64,000 bases of DNA. Source: Octopus sinensis. Lineage: Eukaryota. Made by a program: the position numbers and the translations under genes. The stretch spans positions 25,172,001 through 25,236,000 of the forward strand of contig NC_043002.1 of the NCBI RefSeq assembly GCF_006345805.1. Reading direction: 5' to 3'. The notes below the pieces were generated by a model, which was not told the origin of the DNA, ran no database searches, and saw only the letters and a program-made list of their open reading frames with translations. Shown piece after piece: positions 51,011 through 64,000 of the stretch (positions are counted from its first letter, which is position 1; the number at the start of each line of letters is the position of its first letter).

Positions 51011-53370
51011 AGGCATAATTGCTTATGCACAAAGCCAATTGTTGAAAATAGAAGAAAATCTTCAGATGTTTTTAACTTCAATGTATCAGTATTAGTTATT
51101 TTATTGATGAGCACAGTAGGAGTCAACACTGAACACTGTGGGAGTCAACACTGACTACTGAGTAATGGTGACCACATTGAGAAGATCAGATTTTTTAATA
51201 CAAAATCTGAAATTTACAAAGAAGGTAAATGGAAAATCATGTCAATCATGACCTTTGTAACAATGATAGCAGCTTTTAAAACACTAGCAAGAATCTAAAC
51301 TGGATCACATATAATGGTTATTTGCTGAACTTGCAGTTCCAGCCAGCAACATGATAGAAATTTTGTTCTGACTAGATGTAAGGAACAAATTTCCTTTTAT
51401 TGCAAAAGGAAACTACAGACAAGTAAAAAGTTAGCATTTTACTTTGCAATGTATATTTTGTCTCCAGAAGGATAAAAAAAGTACAGGGATTTGAAAAATG
51501 AGGCACCAAGACAGAGCACTAAGGATTACTGTGATGTATATGGTTCTCTGTTGGTCAAGGCTTACCATGCATATGCAAGCCATGAAAAAAGTCTTTTTTA
51601 GGAAGAACAGTAATTGCACATTTCCCTTCTCTATGACACTAACATCCAAAGGAAAGGTAACTGACTTAGGCCAATACAGTTTGGAACTAGTGTTGTTGCA
51701 GGCCTTGCTATCAGAATGTAAAAAGTTGGAATATTCTGCAAGGGATCTTGTCCAACTTTCTAACAGCTCCACTACTGTACTACCTAGACTTTTTTTTTAA
51801 CTCTGCATGAAAGGCTAGGTTAACCTCAGCAGGATTTAAACAGAGACTGCAGAATTAGAACAAATACCATGAGGCAATCTATCCAATGCTCTACCAACTC
51901 TGCTAATCCACTGCTTTTACTACTACGATAATCTCTCTGAAATATACTAGTCACCCTATGTTGATAGTGAATAACTTAGTCAGCATGTTAAAAAGTTCAA
52001 AAGATCTGTTTTATTTCTTTGAAAGCTATATTCTAAGGATCTGTTAACAAATTCAAATCTTATAGATATATATGATTGATCCACTAGAAACATTATACGT
52101 TAGCATTTATAGAAAAACACCTGTAACATAACTAGTTTTTATTTCCCTACATAACAAGTGACTGAAGCTTCCAGAAATAAAATTGTAGTTTTAATAACTA
52201 ATCAACTAATAATTTTCATGTGTGTATGTGTGTGTGTGTGTGTGTGTGTATGTGTGTGTGTGTGTATAACTGATATAAAGTGGTAATGTATAAGTAGAGA
52301 TAAATTCCCAGAGGAATAATTAAATATGGGGGATAACTATACAAAAACTAAAATTCTAAACTGACAGTTGTTGACAAAACATTTATTTGCCTGCCATATC
52401 AGATTCTAATTAATGTAGAATTTAAATTAAAGGTAATGAGAAATCAACGGTATCAAAATGTTTGAGTTATAAATGGGGATGTGTACTTCAAATTCAAATT
52501 TTATAGAATTTTGGTCACTTTTCAAATATCATGCAGACAACTGATAGCAATGGACAAATCTTTCAATACAAACGGTACATAAAAACAATTCTACTAGCTA
52601 CAGGAAAACCTAAAACATTTTTAGGAGGTTTTAAAAGGTGAAAAAATACTCAATTCCCAAAAGTGAAAAAGAACATGATAAAATGAAGGAAAAGTTAATT
52701 TGTAAGAAAATTTCCTGAAGAAGACTTGTAAAATCAAATACTGGCAGTGCTGCCAATAACCTTAATTCTTTATATTGTTACTAAGGGTTTTTATGTCAAA
52801 CTGTTTATACGGGTTGATGAAATAAAAACCAGGAATATGGAAACGCTGTCAGTTAAACCAGTTGGATAGACTATACAGTTAGTCTTCATTTCAACTAGTT
52901 ATGTAATAAATTTCATTTCATATATACATAAAATTAATAATATTAATAATCTTTTCATGAAAATTCATTTAATGTTTGATCAGATTTCTCCAATGGTTCC
53001 AACTGATAGTCTGGGATTGAAAGGAGGGCAAAAACAAACCTAGTTAGATTAAATTGCACTGCAGAACAAAGTTTTCTCCATTTAATAAATTTTTTTAAAA
53101 ATTAAAAAGAAAATACATTAAACATAGAAAAAAAATATTCCTAAGGTAAAAAAAGATAAAAAGAAACAAACACACACATTTAACCAAACAAAACTGACAA
53201 GCATGCAATCTAGTTTTCCTTATATTCTTGAAATGCATATCCTTCCAGTTGGTATATGGTTATTATACAGTTTAGTCAATATTATTTGGCCATATCCAGA
53301 AAAATATATTTCATTATAGTAGAATTTAATACCAAAAATACCTCAGTAAAAACATCTGGCATTTGATATG

Positions 53371-53420
<50 letters not shown>

Positions 53421-55135
53421 TTATAGAAGAAACAAAATATTCTTTCATAAATGTTTTATCTGGACATTAGTAATGATTTATTATCGGCAATGAAATGGTA
53501 ATTAAATTTACATGTTATATACTTTAAATTGAACAGTATTGTTGTTGTTGTGAATGAGCAATCACAATATCAAATAATATTTATTGTGCTATAAATATGA
53601 AAATATCAGTTCAACAAATATTGAAGAGTAGTTACTAAAGGTCATTTAAAAAAAATATAACTGCTTTATGAGTTTTTGTTTGTTATGGAATGATATAGAA
53701 ATTAAGGTGAGACAATACATCGTTATTAGTCTACCTTAATGAATCTAAATTACCTGGATTTCTAACACCTAAATGTATAAGTGTACATAAGTATGTATAA
53801 CTTTTGTGTGTGTATGTGCGTATTTTAAATAGTTCAATTAGTAAGATCTCTTGATTATCTTCAGTATAAGAGCTAGGACCAGCTAAGACATAGAATATAT
53901 GTTTTTATTGTATTAGCACGTACATAACAAAATTTTCAGTAATCTGTGTTAATACAATAAGCATTTAAACCAAAAGATAAAAAAAAATATATATTTTAAT
54001 TCTCAAAAGGGCATTATTTCAAAATATAAAATAAAAATAGGCGTCAAATGGTTACAATAGCAGCCTCTCTGGATTTATTAACTTAAAAAAAAAAATCCAT
54101 TATGTCAGTTTTTAGATGTAGGGAAAAAATTTTTTTGATGAAATAATGTAACTAATTGATTTTTGCTTTTAATAGAAGCTTTAGCTATGAAGGCATAATG
54201 CAGGATGATTGCAGTTATAATATTTAATTTGCAAGAACTAATGCAAGACAGCTTTTCATGTTTAACAGTAAATATTTTTGTAAGTCCCCACAGTAGTTAG
54301 ATTTTATAATAAAAGGATTAAAAACCAATTAAAATGAAAAACAAAATTAAAACAAAATAAAATTATGTCAAGCAAAACACAAAGGTAATGCACAGGTGCA
54401 AAATGAAATTAGATTGCAAACAATAATGAAAATAATAATAATAATAAATAAATGAAACAAAAGATAAATAAAAATAAACAATTTTAAAACATTTACAACA
54501 TATATATACATACATGTATATACATACACATACGTATGCATACATACATATATAGATATATATACACACATTAGATATATGTATATACAGACACATATGT
54601 ATATATACAGAGATATATATTCATAAATATGTATACAAACAAGCAAAAACAAAAAAAGTCTATCAACTCCAAATCCAGAAAGCATGCATTGTCATGCAAA
54701 TCATGTCCAGGCAGACTGTCCAGTGCCAAGAGTGGTCGCAGATGGTTTAAGCCTGCATTGCGTAAGTGAAAGAAGCTTTTGTTGTTGTTGTAGCTGCTTG
54801 GTAATTTGCTTTAGTTTGTATTTAGAAAATTAACACTAATATCACAGCAACAACCTTCATAAATTCTTGAAGATTTAGGAAAGAGAGCAAGAGAAAAAAA
54901 AAAAGTGTCTCGTTTTATTTATTATTATTATTACTTTTATCAGACGCAAAGCTAGTGACTTGAAGAGCAGGCAGGTCAGTTTGGGGAGCAGGCAAAGAAT
55001 TCTGGGAAGAGTCACATATTTGTTCATTAAACATTTATAATTGGATTGGTTTATCTCATATTTCAACTCTAAACATCAACACATCCAGATATACATATAC
55101 ACCAACATGTATGTATGCATGTATATATATATACA

Positions 55136-55139
<4 letters not shown>

Positions 55140-55174
<35 letters not shown>

Positions 55175-55801
55175 CCACCATGTGTTTTATATGGGAGAGT
55201 GTTTAGGAATGTGTTTTTCATATTTGTATGTGTGTGTGTTGGTGGGTAGATGAAATAGCAAAGAATAAAACATGGGTGGGTAAGGGATGGAGAAGAACAG
55301 TGTTATAGTTAACCAAAATCGGTTATGCAACAAATGAATTTAACATGTTTGTGAAATGTGTACTGACATTGTTGCCACAAAGAAACGCACCTTCCTGAAG
55401 AAAATACATGCAAAGTCAACACAGTTGTAATGTATATATAGATAGATAGAGATTTACTTCATGTTATAAATATATATATATATATATATATAATATATAT
55501 ATATATAAAAGCCACCATGTGTTTTATATGGGAGAGTGTTTAGGAATGTGTTTTTCATATTTGTATGTGTGTGTGTTGGTGGGTAGATGAAATAGCAAAG
55601 AATAAAACATGGGTGGGTAAGGGATGGAGAAGAACAGTGTTATAGTTAACCAAAATCGGTTACGCAACAAATGAATTTAACATGTTTGTGAAATGTGTAC
55701 TGACATTGTTGCCACAAAGAAACGCACCTTCCTGAAGAAAATACATGCAAAGTCAACACAGTTGTAATGTATATATAGATAGATAGAGATTTACTTCATG
55801 T

Positions 55802-55840
<39 letters not shown>
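55140..55840. repeat. 337-bp near-perfect tandem duplication bounded by (TA)n
   Basis: gccacc at 55174 and 55511; one substitution seen (ttatgc vs ttacgc). Confidence 0.95.
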
Positions 55841-55843
<3 letters not shown>

Positions 55844-55990
55844 CATATACATACATATATATATATATATATATCATGATACGAATGTGTTACTAGCAGA
55901 TGAATCATGCTAGACTGTAAAGCATGGCAAAAAAATACGACACTGTAGGCAGAATAAAGAACTAGGGAGGCAGGTAATACTGGTTCCTAC

Positions 55991-56077
55991 CTTCGGCAAA
56001 TTCATCGTCCCATTCCAAATTGGGGTATACAAACTTTGGGGAACCGATGCGTGAGGAATCAAAGCGTGGAGACGACC
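55991..56077 (-). CDS. DYNC1I: Dynein intermediate chain alternative cassette exon (87 nt, phase 1-1)
   Basis: Long pyrimidine tract ...gagcag|GG TCG TCT...GCC GAA G|gtagga; encodes SSPRFDSSRIGSPKFVYPNLEWDDEFAE, like the insect DIC variable exon NPGLEWEDEFT; this frame is not in the ORF track. Confidence 0.8.
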
Positions 56078-59000
56078 CTGCTCGACAACAGCCATATAAG
56101 GAAGGAAAGGACAAGGAGTCAGAAAAAAGGGCTTCCAAAAAAAAGCACCCAAATATCTTATTTTATCGAAAAATATCAAATCTCTAATGAAATTTTGAAG
56201 GAAAAAAAAGTCATGTGAACTTTTCATCAAAAATATTTGTATATTATGATTACAGGATGAACACATTAATGGATTTAAAATACTCATTGTTTAACTTATG
56301 AATCAAATTTGCTGTAGTGGTTAACAAGAAAATTAATAGAGCCCCATGTATTCACAAAGAGAGAAACATGTCTTTCTTATGAACACTTACATATACATAA
56401 TTACATATAACAGTAAACAAATATTTTACAGATTTTTGACTTGAAATATCATCGTTATTACTTTTATCATTTTTTTAATTATTATTATTTAAAAATTATT
56501 ATCATTGGTATGAGCATTATTAGTATTTACTGAAGAAATTACATATTCTTTAAACACTAGATTTTTGCAGTAATATTAGTTTTTCTTTTTAATTATTTTA
56601 TGCTAGATATATTATTTATGTACCATTTATAATCTTTCTTGGAGAAATCATTATCATTTAATGTTTTCCATGTTGGCATGGATTGGACAGTTTAACAGGG
56701 TATGGTAAGCCATGGAGCTCCAATGTCAGCTCTTGGCATAATTTCTATGGCTGAATGCACTTCCTAATGCCAACAACTTTCCAATGTGTACAGGGCCTGT
56801 CAGCACTGTATCAGACCAACAATGCAGCTGTGCATATTTTCCACTACTTGCACTCTTTTATAAACCAACCTATCAATTCAATTTCACAGAATACAAACAC
56901 ATCCACCAGACATCAAAAAGGAGACACAAAATTGCTTAAAGCAATACAGTGGCAATGATGTCTAATAAGTAGTGTCAGATCCACACCTCATTTAAATCTT
57001 ACAACTTTGAGAGAATATAAATGATAGAGGATCTATGAATATTATATGAAAGCTGATTTATATTTAATACTGAGGAATAACACATTTTATTACTAATTAA
57101 TGCAAGTATATCATTTTAGATAAAAGATTTTTTAATTATTTCTCTTCATAAACTGCAAAATATGGAAGTTTTTAACATATTTTTGAAAGATTAATTAAAT
57201 TTTCAAACTTTATTCCCTTGCATATTACCAAAATAGAGGGATTAATGAACATTAAACAATTTATAGCAGGGCCGTATAAAAATAACTTATGATTAATAAT
57301 TTTAAGAAAATAGAGGAATTCATTACTTAATTATTTTAAGTATCTATGGTTTTATAAAATGGTAAACAACTCAATTGGAATGAAAGACAGGCTTAATATT
57401 CCAACCTTAAGCTCCTGAAGATAACATGTGATAAACATTATATATACTTGTATTTGATACTGTAAAATATATTTACTAAGGTGAAAATATATAAATGAAA
57501 AATATAAAAATCATTTCTTATGCATAAAATTATATGAACAATACTTTGCATTAACCATTTATAAAATTGGCTGTTGTGTTGTTTTGATTTTGATTTTTTT
57601 TCTCTTCCCTAACAGGTTTTACAAACAAATATATAACAGAATATGTTATGTTGTACTCTTCCTAACACTGAGGACCTTTCTTAAACAACAGTAAGTCAAA
57701 AGTATTTCACTAATAAACAATAGAAATATTTTATCTAAGGTTGTGTATATAAATCAACTTCTCAATATGCTAAACCATCCTAAAATATAATTACAATTTA
57801 TTAAAATACCTAGAGTAATATGGTTAATTAATAATGTTATCTGGTTACTTACTCCACCTCACAGTTTTCTTTTGAGTGATAGTTTCTTTGTTTACATAAT
57901 TTACTAATTTCATTTATTTCTATTTAACTTCTATTCACAGTTTTAATCTAAGCTAGTTTTACTCCATACATACACACATATACTTTGCTCCTTAATTTAT
58001 ACTTGTTTTTCTATACTAGTACTTACTAGATGGATGCTTTATGGCTGAATACCTTTACTGTCTCTAACCCTTACCTGTTTTACAAGTAAGGGCTCTTTTT
58101 ATTCCACTACTTTGAGAGTACATAGCTACAGGCTGTAACATCCACTGGGAATATAAACATCCAATCTCATACAATGAAGGAAAAATGACAACACACATAT
58201 TCTATATTTATATGAGAGACTTCTGTACAGCTTCCAATTCTACTGATTCTATTCATAAAGCATTAGTCAGCCCCAGATAATAGCAGAAAACACTTGCCTA
58301 AGGTACCACATGGTTGAGAAGCAAATTTCTTAAGCATACAGCCATGATATCATATATTTCCTACACATGAGAAAACCAAATAATCAACTCTTTAAATACC
58401 AAGCATAACTAGTAACAATTTCATTAAGTGAATGTGTGTGTGTTTCTTATAGCTATGAACCCCTTAAACCAATTATCTTTAAGGGACTTGACAATGCTTC
58501 TTTGAAAGAGTCCATCCTCTGCAGTAACACTCAAGACTGAAAGCTAATGAAACACTCATTGGTTTTGTAGTGCTCCCCCTGTCTACAGCAATAAGTTGTT
58601 CTTACTTTCTGAAATTTATTTACAGTTGAGTAGACTATGCCATTCGAAAGATAAGTATTTGACTATAGACACAGAATAACAATATCAAATTGCTAAATAG
58701 TTCTTTCTTTCTTCACACACACTAAGGTCTAGATTATCTGACTATTAGAATAGCCAATTTGATGAACTTAGAATAAAATTGAAATATTAAATTAGAAATA
58801 ATAATACTAATAATAATGTTAAAAATCAATAATAACAGAAATTTTATAAGAGATAAAGAAGCTGAAAATGTTGCAATAATTATTTAGTCTAATAGAAACA
58901 AAGGATTAAAAAATATGTGTCCAATATTCTAAGTCGAAATTATTATTATAATTATTATTATTGTTGTTTGGGTTTGTTTATATTTTGAAACAATAAATCT

Positions 59001-59674
59001 ACTCAATCCATATTCCAAAATTGATCTAAGTCAGAATTCATAAACAATGGAAATAATATATACAGGAAAAGAAAAAGAATAAAAAAAAAACTAAAAGTTA
59101 ATAGCAGTTTTTTTTTTAAAACTACGTATTAAATGAGAATTTTTGGAAGAAGCTCAGATAACCAGAGATTTAGATAAAAAGTAAAATACATGATTGTGTG
59201 TATGTGTGTATTTTTGAAGGTACCAAATGATCTTCAACAGATAGCCAATATGTATGCACACACACATATAAACGCACATACATATATATGAACACATCTC
59301 TCTCACTCTCTCTCTCATGTGTTTGCATGTGTGAAATCTTAGCCATCACTCATAAGTGAGTGTGACATGGTAGCATGTACCATGCTTACACTAACTGTTC
59401 AAGGTACTTATGTAGTCACAGGCAAAAACTGTTATTCTCTCAACCATCCCAGTCTTGACCCTGTAGAACATCAAAGATGTGAAAGCTAGGGGAAGAGACA
59501 GCTGTACTAGCTGTCAGCTGGTACTCATTTTCAGTCGGGCAGACTGGAGCAATATGAAATGTAGTGCCCTGCTCAAGGACACAAAGCTGTCCTGTCTAGG
59601 AAATGAACCCACAACTTTACAACCATGATCTCAACACCCTAACCAGTAGGCCCCACAACCATATACATACAACA

Positions 59675-59730
<56 letters not shown>

Positions 59731-61713
59731 TGTGTGTGTGTGTATATAAATGCACTCACACACATGTACATACAAGCATGTAATGTGTCACAGTTAAAAT
59801 CCAATTAGCATGAATGCAATTTTATCTTAAAATGTAAATTTTAAAAAATTCATTACAAACTGAATAAAGGATCTTCAATAATATAGGATCTAAATGACAA
59901 TTAAGAGGTGGTGTGAGCATGAGACAGGAATGGAAAATGGTGTGATATAAACAAAAGCAGCGCTGCAATGAAGCTAGTAATAACATCAAAAGGTTATGGT
60001 AGTGATGGTGATGAGAGTATGATGGTGATTGTAACACTGACAATGTTTGTTGTGACTAGTTAGTTATGAAACTGTTTTCTGGCAAAGAAAAATAGTCGGC
60101 TGTATCGACACAGTATATTACTGGTACTTGTTTAACTGACTCTTAGGGAATGAAAAGATAAAGCTGACCTTCAGGGAGAGGGTTCATATGGGGTGTGTCA
60201 CAGACTAATAAATAATGGAACTATATACACTAAAGAATATAAATCATGAGCTCTATAGTCCCAGATGCCACCACCATTGTTATTATTATTATTATCACTA
60301 ATAATTAACTTAGTAATAATAATAGTAATAATCTAAAAATAAAAATGAGCATGAAAGATGATATGCGAAAATAAAACAAATGAGAACATCACATGCATTT
60401 GCAAAAGAAAAAACAATAATAATGAAATAGTAATAAAATAAGTATAATATCATGCAATTTGGATTGTAAGGAAATTAAAGTATTAAAAATAAATGATTTA
60501 CTATTAAACTATTATTTTTATATCATGTAATTATAATTGCATATATTATCAACATTATATTATATTAGGAAAGAGAAGTGAAGTGAGCAGATACAACTTG
60601 TAGACTTCCAGACTGGATATTATATTGTACAGTAGTTAAATCTATACACTGTTATTTCCAATCCAAAACCCTGTCTGGTTAACTATTATAAATCCTCTTC
60701 CTTCATCTCCAGTCAATAATATAATTAGTGTGTGTATGTGAGAGAGAGAAAACTCAATTATAAGAGTAACTGCCTCGTTTCAAATGACTGAGGGTTCATC
60801 ACTGCTATCTTGCATATTATTTAAGTGCTAACAGCAACAAGATACTTGATAAAGAGAACAGGGTTTCTATTAGTCATCCAAAACAATTTCACATAATACT
60901 ATCTCATTTAGCAGAGTATAGGTAAATCTGCACCAGCCATGGTAGAATCTAACCTCACACAACTGTAAACAAACAGACCAGTTGCTAATTAAAAAAATTG
61001 GTATTATATCATTGACAAATTCTTACAAATTTGAACATAGCATTAACTTATCTATTCAATCGTTGTTGTGACTTGTGAGTTCAATAATAAGCCTTCTGGA
61101 TCACAGAATTTAGAAACACTGACGGTGCATCTACATTCAAGTCTTACATATGCTATCCTGAATGGCTTCAATAATATTGCTTCTAACCTGCAGTTGCCTC
61201 ACTGAATCAGACAAGTGAAAAGCTAAAGGTCAATTTATTGAAGGCAGCTCTACAAAGGCAACAGCCCTTTCCTTCAGAAAGAATGAGTTAATGTTTGGTA
61301 TAAGGTTTAAAAGGTTAAAAATAAAGAATGGAAAGAAGCAAAATTTGATGTAGTTCAAATTATAGTGACAATTAGAATGTTATGAAAGATTAAGTCCATT
61401 GCAATAATGGATGAGTGGCAAAGAAGGGATATAGTACAATAATGGATCAACGATTGAACATTTTCAATGGGGAGAAACATATTGCTTAGATTTCTCATTA
61501 CAGAAAGCAAAAGTCTCTGCTAAATCTATTTAGGGAATATAGTCTGTTGCTACTCAAGACTGAACAATTTCTTGGTAAGCTTACAAGGATGGCAGGGGTT
61601 CACAGAAGTGTTTCTAACATCTTTTTGTGATAGCAGATCCTTTAAGTTGCAAGCTGATCACAAGAACAATTATCAAGTTGTAGTCCTTGCCCCCAGGCAA
61701 AACAATCACTTGC

Positions 61714-61774
61714 CTTTTGATGTCACTAAAACCTACTCTACTGACAGATTCACTTTGGTCCTCTTTCTGAATGT
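61714..61774 (-). CDS. Candidate dynein intermediate chain alternative exon (61 nt, GC donor)
   Basis: ttctttccatttcttactag|AC ATT CAG...ATC AAA AG|gcaagt; (D)IQKEDQSESVSRVGFSDIK; an internal GT donor (AGA|gtaggt) is also possible. Confidence 0.35.
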
Positions 61775-62361
61775 CTAGTAAGAAATGGAAAGAATATTGA
61801 ATTTGAAAGGAGAGGCCATACAATTTCATATGAAAGACAGAATATAAAGTAAGAAAGAACTGAAAGGATACATGTACTGTTCAATGAGTGACCTTAGATT
61901 CCTCAAGTGGAGTATGTAAGAAAAACTATATTGAAGTTTAGTCAAGTCATTCATGAACTCACAGGTCAACAGAACTGGGAGTTTCACTATATAGTATTTG
62001 TAGTTTAAGTAGAAAAACTGATCTGACTGGGGCTAGTTTGCCAAGCAATAAGTAACTTTTCTTGGCTCTCTGATGACAAACAGCACCAACAGTGTTGTGA
62101 GGCTTGTAGGTAAAGAAAAACAAAATGATTTTAAAAGAAACATAGCAAAATATCGGATCTAGATATCCAATAAGTTATTAATGTCTTCAGAGACAACCAT
62201 AAGCATTATTAACAATAATTTAATTTCCTTACATGATTGTAATCTATTTAAAATAAAATATATGAATACAAAAAATATGCTTCACCACATAGAGAAAATA
62301 ACTCATTTGAAAAGTTCAACATGCTAAACTGTGCCAAGTGAGCAGCAAGTACACACATAAG

Positions 62362-62439
<78 letters not shown>

Positions 62440-64000
62440 GGATTTACAAATGGTAAGGAATAAAGGAAATACAAATTCAGTGAAGATACCATTATCAACT
62501 AAAGCAAGTTTAAGGAAATTCAAACTTGGAATTTAATTACAAAAATGTGCCTGTTTGTATGTGCATATATATATGTATGTGAGTGTGTAGAAAGTTGAAA
62601 AGGAATACATGAGTTGATATATACGGAAAAAAAGTCAAGGTAGAAAATGCTAAAATAATTTTATAAAAAATATTTCAGTACCATTTAACATCCTACTACT
62701 ATCATGGCACTCACACATTCTTCTACCTTGACTTTTTTGCCATATATATATATATATGCACACACAAACTTACATTTGCACACACAATGATGATGATTGC
62801 TGGTGTCTATGCAGGTGTTTTTTTTTTTGTAGTTATAAGAGGACATGTACATACTTCCTTATTGGTACTCATTTTGTCAACTGAAGGATGAAAAGGTCAG
62901 ATCAACTCTAGTAGTAAAGCCCTAAGCTAGATATTTAACACTACTTGAGTGATCAATAATTTTAACCAACTTTTAATGTACTGATGATGTTAGTTATTGA
63001 AATGAAGTGGCCTTTCTGTAGTTAAACCAGCTGTCACATTGTGACAAACCTTACCAACTTCCCACAGCCTAGGACTCTTCACTTCTCTTAAGCAATTTTT
63101 TTATGGCTCCTAAGAGCTAGAGGTATAGACAATCTCTAGACTCATTAGGTAATATTTATTAAAAAAAAAAGGTAATAGAAATTAAGTAAAATATGGCCAT
63201 GAACCTTATTCATGTGTCAAAGAGACAAGTAAGAAAGAGTAAGGAGACTCAAAACAAAGGCTGATACTGTTAGAAATGGAGATGATAAAGAAGACTTATA
63301 AAGGTTATATATTTATAGAACAGAGAAAATGTGACTGTGACAAATTCATGCTATACTTAATGGAATTAGCAGCACCAATTAATAGATTTACTTCAAATAA
63401 GGACTGAAACTACATTGCTGGTGCAGGTGGTTTCTATGAGGCTGTCTTTTGTTCTCTGCAGTGGGATTGCTTCTTAAGTTAATAACATGCACCAAAGTAA
63501 ATTCAGTGGGATTTGAACTTGGAATCAAGTTAAACACTGTATTGAGTCCATTACTCTACTGTCCAAATTATCTTCACTAACAATATATTTATGAGAAATA
63601 ACTTATTCGAAATAACATGCCATTTCCTCTCTTCTGTATAACGTTACATCCTCATGGCTGAGTAAATAAAGTAAGATTTTAAAAGAATGATATGAGGTAC
63701 AAGACCAGCAAATTTGTGGGGAACATGCACCATTGATCCCAGTACTTGAATGGTACTCCATTTCATTGGCTCTCAGAAGGATAAAAGGCCAGACTTGAAT
63801 TCAGAACATTAAGGGTCAAAAGTAATTCTGCAAAGCATTGTTTTCTGACACTAATGATTATGCCAATAAACACACTGATTCATTTTGAAGAGAGAAGATA
63901 CATTTGCTAGTATTTTATCTATCCAAGGATGATGAAAAGGATGTATAAATAACTGAATGTAGAACTCTGGGGTATTAAACTAGATATTGTGAGCTAAAAT

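Noticed and set aside
55910-56287. 125-aa ORF on the - strand
   Set aside because: Wrong frame; the credible coding signal is the 87-nt exon in another frame
57845-57890. Strong donor TGGA|gtaagt on the - strand as another dynein exon
   Set aside because: No pyrimidine tract or credible acceptor upstream

Overview
AT-rich, microsatellite- and retroposon-dense eukaryotic DNA. The SINE/RTE/CR1 families and intron style suggest an octopus (coleoid cephalopod) genome; this is inference. It holds two convergent spliced genes. On the + strand is a complete 7-exon ubiquitin-conjugating enzyme UBE2Z/USE1 gene (6173-25178, 294 aa, phases checked by hand). On the - strand is the 3' part of the cytoplasmic dynein-1 intermediate chain gene (11 exons, 46500 down to 33185, about 495 aa; 5' exons lie beyond 64000). 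Features the ORF track misses: (i) two paralogous H/ACA snoRNAs in UBE2Z intron 1, one with a pocket complementary to the 28S rRNA peptidyl-transferase region; (ii) a cassette exon (PNLEWDDEF) plus candidate small exons and microexons that restore frame only in pairs, in the >17 kb dynein intron; (iii) degenerate Penelope-type minimal hammerhead motifs; (iv) several fold-back and template-switch structures. No prokaryotic features or CRISPR arrays are present.
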